The notes under the pieces are model-generated. The model did no database searches, had not been told where the DNA came from, and saw nothing but the letters and a program-made list of their open reading frames with translations. The translations under genes and the position numbers were made by a program. Shown one piece after another: positions 10,314-18,514 of a stretch of DNA of 64,000 bases (position 1 is the stretch's first letter; every line of letters starts with the position of its first letter). This DNA comes from a virus (taxonomy: Duplodnaviria > Caudoviricetes), in the IMG/VR virus record IMGVR_UViG_2728369134_000004, positions 15,310 to 79,309 of that record; one strand, given 5' to 3'.

Positions 10314-10697
10314 CTACCCGTACTTCTTTTTGTCTTCTGCTGTTTTCCTGTTGTGACATGGATTACAAAGTGATTGTAAGTTTTCTAATTTAAGTTTTAA
10401 ACTTGGATCAACTTTTATTGGAATGATATGGTCAACCATATCTGCAACTTTAATCTTTCTATTGTTCTTACAGTGTAGGCACAAACCCTTATCTCTCATT
10501 AGTGCCTGCTCTCTTAACCTTTCCCATGCCTTTGATTTATAGAAAGCCGTGCTCTCCTTGTCTCGTTTGAATCGGTCATAGTATCTATTCTTATCCTGCT
10601 GCGTTTCCTTTTCTTTGTACCTATGTTCATCACAATACCTTTCGCGTGTGAGATTATAACAATGGAATTCGCAGCACGGTCTAAGCGGCTTCCTCAT
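10314..10697 (-). CDS. Packaging-associated HNH endonuclease
   Basis: CLHC...VDHIIP...NLQSLCNPCHNRKT; adjacent to cos and terS. Confidence 0.92.
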   Translation of the reverse strand: MRKPLRPCCEFHCYNLTRERYCDEHRYKEKETQQDKNRYYDRFKRDKESTAFYKSKAWERLREQALMRDKGLCLHCKNNRKIKVADMVDHIIPIKVDPSLKLKLENLQSLCNPCHNRKTAEDKKKYG

Positions 10698-10765
10698 CTC
10701 TCCTCACTCCTTACCTTATCTCAACAAACAAGACGCTCCATAATTTACAGTAGCGCCTACAATAA

Positions 10766-11179
10766 TCAAATTTGATTTGAACATTTTATATCTAATTTAT
10801 TCGCTTGTAATTTAATGAAGTCTGCTGTCTGTTCAATTGTGGATTGAGTAATCGATTTTATATCGAAAGATACTTCAGCCATTTCAGTTTGGACTTTAAA
10901 TTTATTCATCACCTTTTCCAACTTCTCCAACGCATCTGCACATTCATTAGCAGCTTCCGTTACTTCCTTGATCCCTTCTAATGCTTTTGTTGTATCTACA
11001 CTAACTTGTATTGTTAGTTCACTATTCTTATTTTGATTTACTTGCTTCTCGACTGGATTATATGGTTTCTCTATTGTCGGGCCACCACATTTAACACAGT
11101 TCATTCCTTCTAAAAAATGACCGAACATTACTGTACGACATTCGTTATCTCTACATTCCAATTGCATTTTATATTTCAT
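10766..11179 (-). CDS. Hypothetical protein with N-terminal Zn ribbon and coiled coil
   Basis: CRDNEC...CVKC; GGAGG RBS. Confidence 0.65.
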   Translation of the reverse strand: MKYKMQLECRDNECRTVMFGHFLEGMNCVKCGGPTIEKPYNPVEKQVNQNKNSELTIQVSVDTTKALEGIKEVTEAANECADALEKLEKVMNKFKVQTEMAEVSFDIKSITQSTIEQTADFIKLQANKLDIKCSNQI

Positions 11180-11210
11180 TCTTCATCCTCCTCCAAAATA
11201 AAAAGCACCA

Positions 11211-11363
11211 TCACTTGGCGCTTTCTTTTTTCTTATTCACCTGTTGCAACGTCATTGGCCCGTTGCAATGAGGACATTTCCAACCGTCACGTATCTTATG
11301 AGAAGTCTCTTCAAATCCGCAGTTTCTATCTAAGCACCAATGTTTTGTTAATGGCATTTTCAA
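11211..11363 (-). CDS. Small Zn-ribbon protein (50 aa, not in the ORF track)
   Basis: MKMPLTKHWCLDRNCGFEETSHKIRDGWKCPHCNGPM...; GAGGTG RBS. Confidence 0.6.
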   Translation of the reverse strand: MKMPLTKHWCLDRNCGFEETSHKIRDGWKCPHCNGPMTLQQVNKKKESAK

Positions 11364-11377
11364 ACTCACTTCACCTC

Positions 11378-11632
11378 TCACTTTCCCCTTTCAAACCTCT
11401 TCCTTAATCGTTTCATTTCATCTTCTATAGCAAGATTCTTTTTATTAATCCGCTCATGACACTTTGCTATATCTGCTTGATACTTACGAATCTTATCATT
11501 CACGTACGCAGCTACATGTTCATGATTACAATGAGGACAAATAAAGAAACACTTCTCAATACGATTATGAAGTTGTGTTACTTGCGGATGCATGTCATAA
11601 CTTTTATCACACTCAGAGCAATAAACTTGCAT
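11378..11632 (-). CDS. Zn-ribbon hypothetical protein
   Basis: CSEC...CPHC. Confidence 0.65.
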   Translation of the reverse strand: MQVYCSECDKSYDMHPQVTQLHNRIEKCFFICPHCNHEHVAAYVNDKIRKYQADIAKCHERINKKNLAIEDEMKRLRKRFERGK

Positions 11633-11651
11633 TCCCTTTCACCTCATTGAT

Positions 11652-11843
11652 CTATTGATTCTTACTTAATGAATCAATTAATATCTCACGTGTTAATTCA
11701 AATGACTGCTCTTCGTTAAATCCCGCTTCTTTAAATTGCGTAAAGGCAGCAAACATCATTTTAGCGGCCAAAGCAAAATCTAACATAGCGTTTCCTACTT
11801 GTTCATTTTGCATATCGTTAACGATTTTATTAAATCCGTTCAT
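11652..11843 (-). CDS. Hypothetical phage protein
   Basis: RBS; operon packing. Confidence 0.6.
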   Translation of the reverse strand: MNGFNKIVNDMQNEQVGNAMLDFALAAKMMFAAFTQFKEAGFNEEQSFELTREILIDSLSKNQ

Positions 11844-12182
11844 TCAGTTATTCTCCTTTCCATATTCTTTTTTAAATTTCTTTAATGCACGTTTGAACTT
11901 CCAGATAAAATACTTATCTTTTAACCGCACAAAAAAAGAAGGACAAAACTGTTTGTAGTTTTCTTTATCCTTCTTCAATAATTCTTCTAATGATGTCCTA
12001 ATAAGATAGTCATTTGAGTATGGCATAAAAACATGTTTATACATTTTGTAGTGGGTGAAACGTCTTGCATCTAATCCTACATCTTCCCGAACTTTAAGAT
12101 ACCTGACATATATTGATTCATCTATAGGGAGTAAACCAAGAGCAACGATTTTCTTTTTTAAATCGTCATTCATAATCCTCAC
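11844..12182 (-). CDS. Hypothetical phage protein
   Basis: Operon packing with overlapping stop/start. Confidence 0.55.
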   Translation of the reverse strand: MRIMNDDLKKKIVALGLLPIDESIYVRYLKVREDVGLDARRFTHYKMYKHVFMPYSNDYLIRTSLEELLKKDKENYKQFCPSFFVRLKDKYFIWKFKRALKKFKKEYGKENN

Positions 12183-12400
12183 TCCTTACTCTCTAAAAAC
12201 TCATCAATCGCTTTCCCTAGTAAACTAATCGTCGCTTCCCTACGTTCTTTGGGAGTTGTATTATCAAAGAGCTCATTATGGATGGCAGTTGCTTGCGCCA
12301 ACTTCTGGGGATCAATATGTTCATTAACTATTTTCTCACCAAGCGTTGAAACACAATATGTCATTACAGCTGCTAGTTCTTGTTTAGATAACTTCTTCAA
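12179..12400 (-). CDS. Hypothetical phage protein
   Basis: GGAGTG RBS; operon packing. Confidence 0.6.
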   Translation of the reverse strand: MKKLSKQELAAVMTYCVSTLGEKIVNEHIDPQKLAQATAIHNELFDNTTPKERREATISLLGKAIDEFLESKE

Positions 12401-12406
12401 TTCTAA

Positions 12407-12630
12407 TCACTCCTGTATCTTTTTCATTGTTTCTTCTGCTACCAATTCCATCACACCGTTATCGATTTTCTTTACTAAGTACTCGCCTTGTATCCTAAAT
12501 GTGGATACACCACTTTTACTTTATCGCCTTTTTGTATAGTAGTTTGACCTAGCGCATCTGCCTTCGTTTCTACCTGACGCACTTTCTGTTCTAGATATTC
12601 TAATCGCATTGACAACTCTTGAATGTCCAT
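12407..12630 (-). pseudogene. Small gene with an apparent 1-nt deletion
   Basis: MDIQELSMRLEYLEQ...VVYPHLG continues in another frame as QGEYLVKKIDNGVMELVAEETMKKIQE*; 224 nt is one base short of 75 codons. Confidence 0.5.
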
Positions 12631-12662
12631 AGTTCATTTTCCTCCAAAATAAAAAGCACCTA

Positions 12663-13409
12663 TTACGAGTGCTTTAATGATTCGATATGTTTATTAACAC
12701 GTTCATTCCCTAACTTCCAATACTCTTCATCCATTTCAAATCCAATGTAATTACGATTTGTATTGATACATGCTATAGCAGTCGTGAATGACCCCATACA
12801 GTTATCTAAAACGATTTCGCCTTCTTTTGTATACGTCTTAATCAAGTACTCAAATAAAGCTACAGGCTTTTGTGTTGGATGAAATGTCTTGCTATCACGC
12901 GGAAAATCAATCACAGATTTTGGATAATTAGTGTATTTTTTAACATGTACTTTATTTAATGATTCATTGTTTCTTTTACCGAGTATCTTCATTCTACGTA
13001 TTTCTTTCTTTTGAATCGGTTTATCTAATAAAATTAAATCTTGCGGATAATATTTAGGCAGTTTTTTGTAGAATACTAATATGTTTTCATGATTTTTGAG
13101 CGGCATTCTGTTTGCATTCGGAAAACCTGTTGTATGATTTCCCTTCTTCCAGATCCACTCATAACGAAACAATTTAATATTTGAGGCAATCAACTTAGTA
13201 GTGAAAGGTTGGCTTGCTGTTAAAAGGATGGCCCCATTATCTTTTATAATTCTTTCGTATTGTTCCCATAGCAAATCGAACGGAATAATATTGTCCCATT
13301 TACATGCAGTAGTTCCATAAGGTAAATCACAAAGAATCATATCGATGGATTTATCTTCAATCATTTTCATACCTTCTAAACAATCCATATTAAGTACTTG
13401 ATTCAGCAT
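12663..13409 (-). CDS. Orphan N6-A/N4-C DNA methyltransferase (beta class)
   Basis: ILCDLPYG catalytic motif, HPTQKP, VLDNCMGS SAM-binding motif; no cognate restriction gene nearby. Confidence 0.92.
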   Translation of the reverse strand: MLNQVLNMDCLEGMKMIEDKSIDMILCDLPYGTTACKWDNIIPFDLLWEQYERIIKDNGAILLTASQPFTTKLIASNIKLFRYEWIWKKGNHTTGFPNANRMPLKNHENILVFYKKLPKYYPQDLILLDKPIQKKEIRRMKILGKRNNESLNKVHVKKYTNYPKSVIDFPRDSKTFHPTQKPVALFEYLIKTYTKEGEIVLDNCMGSFTTAIACINTNRNYIGFEMDEEYWKLGNERVNKHIESLKHS

Positions 13410-13603
13410 ATGTTATCCCATCCATTTCTACAATTAGAGTATGTTGAACGTTGTTAATATCCTAAATTATTCTGGTATGCAACTTTTGAAATCCATAAAC
13501 TACAAAAAAAGAGCAACCGTGCACCAGTTGCCCTTCTGCTAAAATTGTATGCTATCAATATAAATCATTTTTTCAACCGTTTCGATTCATTTTAGGAGTG
13601 AAC

Positions 13604-14011
13604 CTAAATGATACCTTCACGCTCCACGAACTTAATCAGTCGAACAAGTTCAGCATGTTTCTTTTTGATATGACTAGAACTATAATTTACTACCTCTGCT
13701 ATTTCTTCTAACGTCATACCATCCACATATTTCAATTTGAGTATCTGATTTTCTAATCCTCTAAACTTACTAATTAACTTTTTTAATTTATACATATCGT
13801 TCATCTTATGTGCTAATTCATATTCAATCGCTTCAATACGGTTTTCAACTTTTGCACCTTCAGATTCTGCCGTTAAACGTACTTCTCTCAAATCACCACT
13901 AACCCAGCGTCTTAATTCGGCTTTTGTTTTATCTAAGTTGTATTCCAGATAGGCTATGTCTTCTTCTAACTTTTGGTAATCTCTCAGCCAGTTAAACAAA
14001 TGATGATTCAC
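13604..14011 (-). CDS. Late transcription regulator A (ArpU/RinA-like, sigma region-4 HTH)
   Basis: ILKLKYVDGMTLEEIAEVVNYS HTH; position ahead of the late operon. Confidence 0.8.
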   Translation of the reverse strand: MNHHLFNWLRDYQKLEEDIAYLEYNLDKTKAELRRWVSGDLREVRLTAESEGAKVENRIEAIEYELAHKMNDMYKLKKLISKFRGLENQILKLKYVDGMTLEEIAEVVNYSSSHIKKKHAELVRLIKFVEREGII

Positions 14012-14171
14012 CTACTTTCATATTTCCAGATCAACAACCACATTTCCGATTGTCGATAGGTGTCAAAATGTCTTGTTGTTTATTCTTACAACTTGTACAT
14101 TTGTTTTGCTATAATGGATTTACATTGCCATCTGGAAAAGTGACTTGCCCCATCGAGTTGCTTTTCCTTTT

Positions 14172-14294
14172 TTATTTTATGATTCCTGATTTCACAAAAA
14201 TATTTCTCCAAGCTGCAGCAGTCCGTTCTTTATCAATTTCCTTTTGACGATTCAAAATTGCTCTTTTTACATGTTTTTTCTTTCCAGTTCTCAT
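14172..14294 (-). CDS. Small basic protein (DUF3983-like, 40 aa)
   Basis: MRTGKKKHVKRAILNRQKEIDKERTAAAWRNIFVKSGIIK; RBS. Confidence 0.6.
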   Translation of the reverse strand: MRTGKKKHVKRAILNRQKEIDKERTAAAWRNIFVKSGIIK

Positions 14295-14447
14295 TTTTTA
14301 TACTCCCTTTCTTAATAAATTCATTCTAATTTCCGCACAACACGTATAACAGGTTTGTACGCTCGAATAAGAGCTTTTTTATTAATAAGGTCTTATGATA
14401 TTCAGTAGGTTGTTATCGTCTCACAATGAGCAATCTGAGGAGTTAAC

Positions 14448-14660
14448 TTATTCGAACTTTTGTTCTCCGCTAACATTTATCTCACTAACTTCATTTATAA
14501 TGACTCCTTTGTCTACTAAATCATCCTCAGTTCTTTTTAAACGTTTGATTGTATTAATAACTTCTTCTGTTGACTCTGCTTCAACGACAGCTTCATACAC
14601 TTTTAATTCTGTGAAAGTCACATTAAATGTTTTCATTCTTTCTACTCCCTTTCTATTCAA
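14448..14660 (-). CDS. Hypothetical protein (likely starting at MKTFNV)
   Basis: AAAGGGAG RBS before the second Met. Confidence 0.6.
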   Translation of the reverse strand: MNRKGVERMKTFNVTFTELKVYEAVVEAESTEEVINTIKRLKRTEDDLVDKGVIINEVSEINVSGEQKFE

Positions 14661-14711
14661 ATAGCGTTTTTGTTCAAAATAATACTCCTATCCATTTGGA
14701 CACATTTACCA

Positions 14712-14812
14712 GTATTTTTACCAAAAAATTCATGATATGGTTATTTAGTCGAGTACGTCATTACTTGACAATTACCCTTAGGAACTCCGCAGACAAACGG
14801 GGTTTCTTTTAT
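14712..14812 (+). ncRNA. Putative sRNA unit A1
   Basis: GTATT-N14-CATGATA promoter-like; ~70 nt with no RBS-led ORF; GAACTCCG/CGGGGTTTC hairpin plus T-run. Confidence 0.5.
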
Positions 14813-14829
14813 TTAAATAACGATTTTGT

Positions 14830-15060
14830 TTAATTTCTAACTTTTATCACATTAGTTTTAAATGCTTCACCCTTACGGTTAAAAGATACAATATTCATAC
14901 CATGATAATCTCTGTGCCACCGGAAAGTTGGATCTAATCTATTATTAAACTCTCCATCAAACTTTCGTATCGTTGAAATTTTGATATTCTTCATTCCCAT
15001 AAAATTTTCTTCACCTATTTTTGTCATTTGTCTATTTCTTGTATGTCTCATCCGTTCCAT
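14830..15060 (-). CDS. Hypothetical accessory protein
   Basis: GGAGGGG RBS; stop abuts a boundary motif. Confidence 0.55.
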   Translation of the reverse strand: MERMRHTRNRQMTKIGEENFMGMKNIKISTIRKFDGEFNNRLDPTFRWHRDYHGMNIVSFNRKGEAFKTNVIKVRN

Positions 15061-15099
15061 TCCCCTCCATATCTTTTATCACTAAATGTAAATATTAAG

Positions 15100-15232
15100 T
15101 TGTAAATTTAATTTACTTAGTGCTATAATTCGAGAGATCGATAGTTACATTCACTGATCAACCTCATGTAATTTTAATAAAAGTTCTCGAGATTCAGCCC
15201 CTAACAGCGCACCGTTAGGGGCTGAATTCTTT
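15100..15232 (+). ncRNA. Putative sRNA unit A2 (sigma-A type promoter)
   Basis: TTGTAA-N18-TATAAT with TG extension; strong TTCAGCCCCTAAC/GTTAGGGGCTGAA hairpin. Confidence 0.55.
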
Positions 15233-15260
15233 CCAAATAAAGATTTTATTGTACAACTAC

Positions 15261-15350
15261 ACATACCTAAACAACATGCATACATTATGGTGTGTATTCA
15301 TTCAATATAAGTTTTGGTAAGAGAGTTCTTTGGCAAGAGCTCTCTATTTT
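15261..15350 (+). ncRNA. Putative sRNA unit A3 (sigma-K/E-like promoter)
   Basis: AC-N16-CATACATT; AGAGAGTTCTT/AAGAGCTCTCT hairpin plus T-run. Confidence 0.5.
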
Positions 15351-15367
15351 TAAAATAAGAATTTTGT

Positions 15368-16042
15368 TTAGTATTCTGTCGAAGCAATGATACATGGATT
15401 TGTAATATTATCCCGCTTTATTACCCATTCGAATGACCTTAAAACATACGTTTCTCCACCTCTATGAATTACTGGTTCGATTGTGGCTACTCGTTGTTCT
15501 TCGTCAGGTAATTCATCAATGCTGATATGCATTTTGTCTTTCAAACTAACTTCCCCAACAAAATATTCTTCAATTTCCTCCCAATCTATGAATTCCTCAT
15601 AAAAGTTTTTCGCTTCCTCTTCGTTCTTTGCAGCTACCCAATCGTAATCATTCATTTTAAAAACTTTCATCAGTAGCTCTGGATTCTCATAAACATTTCC
15701 TACGACTTCACATTCTTCTGAAACCCAATCAATGTCCTCGTCAATTGGGCTATCCCCTAAATAAAACGAACAATTGCCATACGTTACTTTCCAATGACTA
15801 TAAGTGGTCGCGGTGTTTTCTGGTGTTTCATACAGTGTAGGTCCTTTTAAAATGTCACCTACATAAATTTCTTTGCCGTTTTTATCCTTTATTCCCGTGT
15901 ATGGTAACAATGGAGAATAATATTGATCTTCTTTCCCGCCATTCTTCAAAGTGTCTTTTAAGCTATCAAAGTTCAAAATTTCTTCCCAGCTGTACATGAT
16001 TCGATTTTCTTTACCATATATCCGATATTTAATTTCATTCAT
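15368..16042 (-). CDS. YopX-family protein fused to an extra C-terminal domain
   Basis: EIKYR, YTGIKDKNGKEIYVGDIL, EVVGNVYENPELL YopX motifs. Confidence 0.85.
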   Translation of the reverse strand: MNEIKYRIYGKENRIMYSWEEILNFDSLKDTLKNGGKEDQYYSPLLPYTGIKDKNGKEIYVGDILKGPTLYETPENTATTYSHWKVTYGNCSFYLGDSPIDEDIDWVSEECEVVGNVYENPELLMKVFKMNDYDWVAAKNEEEAKNFYEEFIDWEEIEEYFVGEVSLKDKMHISIDELPDEEQRVATIEPVIHRGGETYVLRSFEWVIKRDNITNPCIIASTEY

Positions 16043-16069
16043 ATCTCATTCTCCTTTTCTGCCAAATAA

Positions 16070-16615
16070 CTATTTTGTACTAATTGACTCCCAATCAAAT
16101 GTTTCTAATATATTCAGTAATCGTTCCACTTTTGGTGCTCGCCATGCCGTCATAGCGTAAGTATGAGCTTTTGAAGTATAGTGGTAGTTATTTAGTTTAA
16201 GATGATTTTTTGCTTCTTCTTTTGTTAAAAACATTGTGTCAGGAACAATGAAACCTTCTTCTTTCATAAAAGCTGTATCAAAGTAACCATCATTATTTAA
16301 ATTACTTTCTACATACTCCCATAAATCATCGAACCTCTCGCTTTCATCATAAATAAGCACCCTTAATTCCTGATCTTCATCAATCTCTTCACTGTAATAT
16401 TCCTCCAAGAACTCTTTCAAATCACTGAACTTATGAAAAGTAACAAGATCACCATCATTAAAGAATCGTTCCTCTTCACCGCTGTCGTATTTCTCATTTG
16501 CTGGAACCATTCTATAATCCTTAATAACCCAAAACCGTGGCGATGCATTTCCGTCAGTTTCCTGTGTAGTTAATTCTTGTTGCAATTCCTTTAAAAATTG
16601 AATATCCTTGTTCAT
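16070..16615 (-). CDS. Hypothetical phage protein
   Basis: 181 aa, RBS. Confidence 0.7.
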   Translation of the reverse strand: MNKDIQFLKELQQELTTQETDGNASPRFWVIKDYRMVPANEKYDSGEEERFFNDGDLVTFHKFSDLKEFLEEYYSEEIDEDQELRVLIYDESERFDDLWEYVESNLNNDGYFDTAFMKEEGFIVPDTMFLTKEEAKNHLKLNNYHYTSKAHTYAMTAWRAPKVERLLNILETFDWESISTK

Positions 16616-16633
16616 TTCCCCGTTCCCCTTTAC

Positions 16634-16766
16634 GAATAATCTTTTTTTACATTACACATACTATCTACAAGTCAACTTCCCATGACTACACTCTTTCAAA
16701 ACGGAGCTTGTTCCTCCGTACTGTTTTGGATCGCGGCAGGTAACTTAGTCACTTACCTGCCATTTT
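16634..16766 (+). ncRNA. Putative sRNA unit A4 (sigma-G consensus promoter)
   Basis: GAATA-N18-CATACTA; hairpins exposing CUUCCC and UUCCUCC; GGCAGGTAA/TTACCTGCC terminator. Confidence 0.6.
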
Positions 16767-16787
16767 CTATTCAAATAACGCTTTTGT

Positions 16788-17177
16788 TTAGTTTTCAATT
16801 AGCACTAACAAGTCATAATTTGATTCAATAAATTCCATGCATAATTTTCTGTTTACGTCGTTTCCTAAACGTTCATAAATCAATAGCATTTCATGTTTTG
16901 TAAAGCTTGTCCCTAATAACTGGTTAAAGCTTTTTAAGATTTTTCTAGATTTATAATCACTCAAACTTTTACTAATTGGTCTTGATAACCAAGCAAACAT
17001 CTTACATATAAAATCCATATGATTTTCTACATCTTCTAATCTGAAATAAAGGTTGCTTCTAGGGTCGAATATCAATTCGTTACTACTATTTACAAAAGCC
17101 TTCGGGAAAAATCCCTGTGTCTTTTTTACTAAGCTTTGTACTTCTTCATTCATTTCTCGTTCCCCATTTCTGTACAA
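16788..17177 (-). CDS. Hypothetical phage protein (likely starting at MNEEVQ)
   Basis: Flanked on both sides by boundary motifs. Confidence 0.7.
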   Translation of the reverse strand: MYRNGEREMNEEVQSLVKKTQGFFPKAFVNSSNELIFDPRSNLYFRLEDVENHMDFICKMFAWLSRPISKSLSDYKSRKILKSFNQLLGTSFTKHEMLLIYERLGNDVNRKLCMEFIESNYDLLVLIEN

Positions 17178-17192
17178 AATTCAAATTTTGTC

Positions 17193-17675
17193 TTACTTTA
17201 CGCCCGTACTTCCAAATCCACCTGTCCCACGATCACTACGTGATAGCTCGTCTACCTCAACAAAATTAGCTGTTTCGACTGGCGCTATGACACCTTGGGC
17301 GATGCGATCTCCCTTTTTAACCACATATGTCACACTCTTGAATATTTCATGTTCATCATTGATACCTAATGTAATTGAATTACCTGGATATGATATATTG
17401 CTGACTATAACTCCTACCTCACCTCTAAAACCGCTATCCGCCGTACCGAGCACTACTCTAAGAAACGTTTTACGTGAAATTCCGCTTCTTGGTCTCACCT
17501 GAAGTTCAAATCCTGGTGGTATTTCGAATGCCAATCCTGTAGGGATTACTTTCGTTTGCCCTGGCTCAATAATTGTGCCTTCCGCTGCTACAAGATCAAA
17601 ACCGCTATCTCCTGGCTTCGCATACTTAGGCAAATCCACATCTTTCACTCGCTTAATCTTCACTCGTAAATTCAT
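17193..17675 (-). CDS. dut: Trimeric dUTPase
   Basis: SGFDL, RPRSG, GTADSGFRGE, RIAQ, RGTGGFGSTG motifs. Confidence 0.96.
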   Translation of the reverse strand: MNLRVKIKRVKDVDLPKYAKPGDSGFDLVAAEGTIIEPGQTKVIPTGLAFEIPPGFELQVRPRSGISRKTFLRVVLGTADSGFRGEVGVIVSNISYPGNSITLGINDEHEIFKSVTYVVKKGDRIAQGVIAPVETANFVEVDELSRSDRGTGGFGSTGVK

Positions 17676-17679
17676 TCCA

Positions 17680-17856
17680 TTACGCCCCTTTTAATGAACT
17701 TTCAATTCGTTGCTTACGTGTAAGTAAATCTTCTAAATTACCTTCTGTTTTCTTTTTCTCAAGCCCTAACATATTTAAATGTAGTTTCATGTTGCTTATA
17801 TCTGAATTAACACTTTCTAATTCTGACTCCAGTTGAACCCTTGTTTCTTTCTTCAT
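17680..17856 (-). CDS. Small coiled-coil protein (58 aa)
   Basis: MKKETRVQLESELES...; GGAGG RBS. Confidence 0.55.
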   Translation of the reverse strand: MKKETRVQLESELESVNSDISNMKLHLNMLGLEKKKTEGNLEDLLTRKQRIESSLKGA

Positions 17857-17866
17857 GCAATCCCTC

Positions 17867-18121
17867 CTACAGTCCTAAATGCTCCATGATCTTACCGATG
17901 TTCTCATCGAAACCAATGTATGGTTTCCCCTCGATAATAAACGTTGGTAATGAACTAGATTTATATACAGCTTGTAATACATGCAGGTTGTTTTTGTCCT
18001 CATCCACATTTCTTTCAATCAATTCCACTTCATGTCCTATCGGTAGGTTGTTCAACATTTCTTTTGCTCTTTTGCATTTCGGACAAGAATTTCCAGTGTA
18101 TATAATGATCTTAGTTGCCAT
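17867..18121 (-). CDS. NrdH-like glutaredoxin
   Basis: IYTGNSCPKC...SLPTFII...IGFD. Confidence 0.88.
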   Translation of the reverse strand: MATKIIIYTGNSCPKCKRAKEMLNNLPIGHEVELIERNVDEDKNNLHVLQAVYKSSSLPTFIIEGKPYIGFDENIGKIMEHLGL

Positions 18122-18187
18122 TCTCTTCAGTCTCCTTCACTTCTGCTAATAATTGAGTAATTTCAAACGTGCCATGCTCTGTATATT

Positions 18188-18391
18188 TCATTGTTCTTCC
18201 TCCCTGTGATCTGCTAAAATATCCTCTAATGTGATTGCCGTATTTTCTAATGTGTGCCACTGTCCTTTATGAAATCCCGATAATCCTAAATCCCCACTAT
18301 CAAAAGCTTTGTCAGCTTCTTTTCTGCTCTCTACTGCCGATTCACGTAATCCTCTTATAAGCTCTTCAATCGCTTCTCTCATTTTCTCCAT
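18188..18391 (-). CDS. Hypothetical protein
   Basis: Operon packing. Confidence 0.55.
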   Translation of the reverse strand: MEKMREAIEELIRGLRESAVESRKEADKAFDSGDLGLSGFHKGQWHTLENTAITLEDILADHREEEQ

Positions 18392-18506
18392 CTCCTTTTA
18401 GTAGCCCCGCCAGTTCCTCGCAACTCCCTTCAAACAAGTCGCGCCCATCCGGTAGCTTGTATATGTGATTATCGATTAATTTGTTGATTAAAACGTCTTG
18501 CTCCAT
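18366..18506 (-). CDS. FbpA-like small protein (46 aa)
   Basis: MEQDVLINKLIDNHIYKLPDGRDLFEGSCEEL resembles the LI..L...G.YK...R.LYE..L.EL pattern of Fur-regulated basic protein A. Confidence 0.55.
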   Translation of the reverse strand: MEQDVLINKLIDNHIYKLPDGRDLFEGSCEELAGLLKGDGENERSD

Positions 18507-18514
18507 GTTGCCTC

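Larger units (their letters stand above)
14656..17191. repeat. Dispersed 18-bp boundary motif nnnAAA-N6-TTTT(G/A)T, 7 clear copies
   Basis: Copies at 14656, 14812, 15232, 15350, 16061, 16770, 17174 (degenerate at 16631), all at gene or cassette junctions. Confidence 0.75.

Noticed and set aside
12663-13409. Restriction-modification system
   Set aside because: No endonuclease partner; a typical orphan phage methyltransferase
14656-17191. Boundary motifs as a CRISPR array
   Set aside because: Units are degenerate 18-mers with irregular 100-700 bp intervals containing genes; no cas genes
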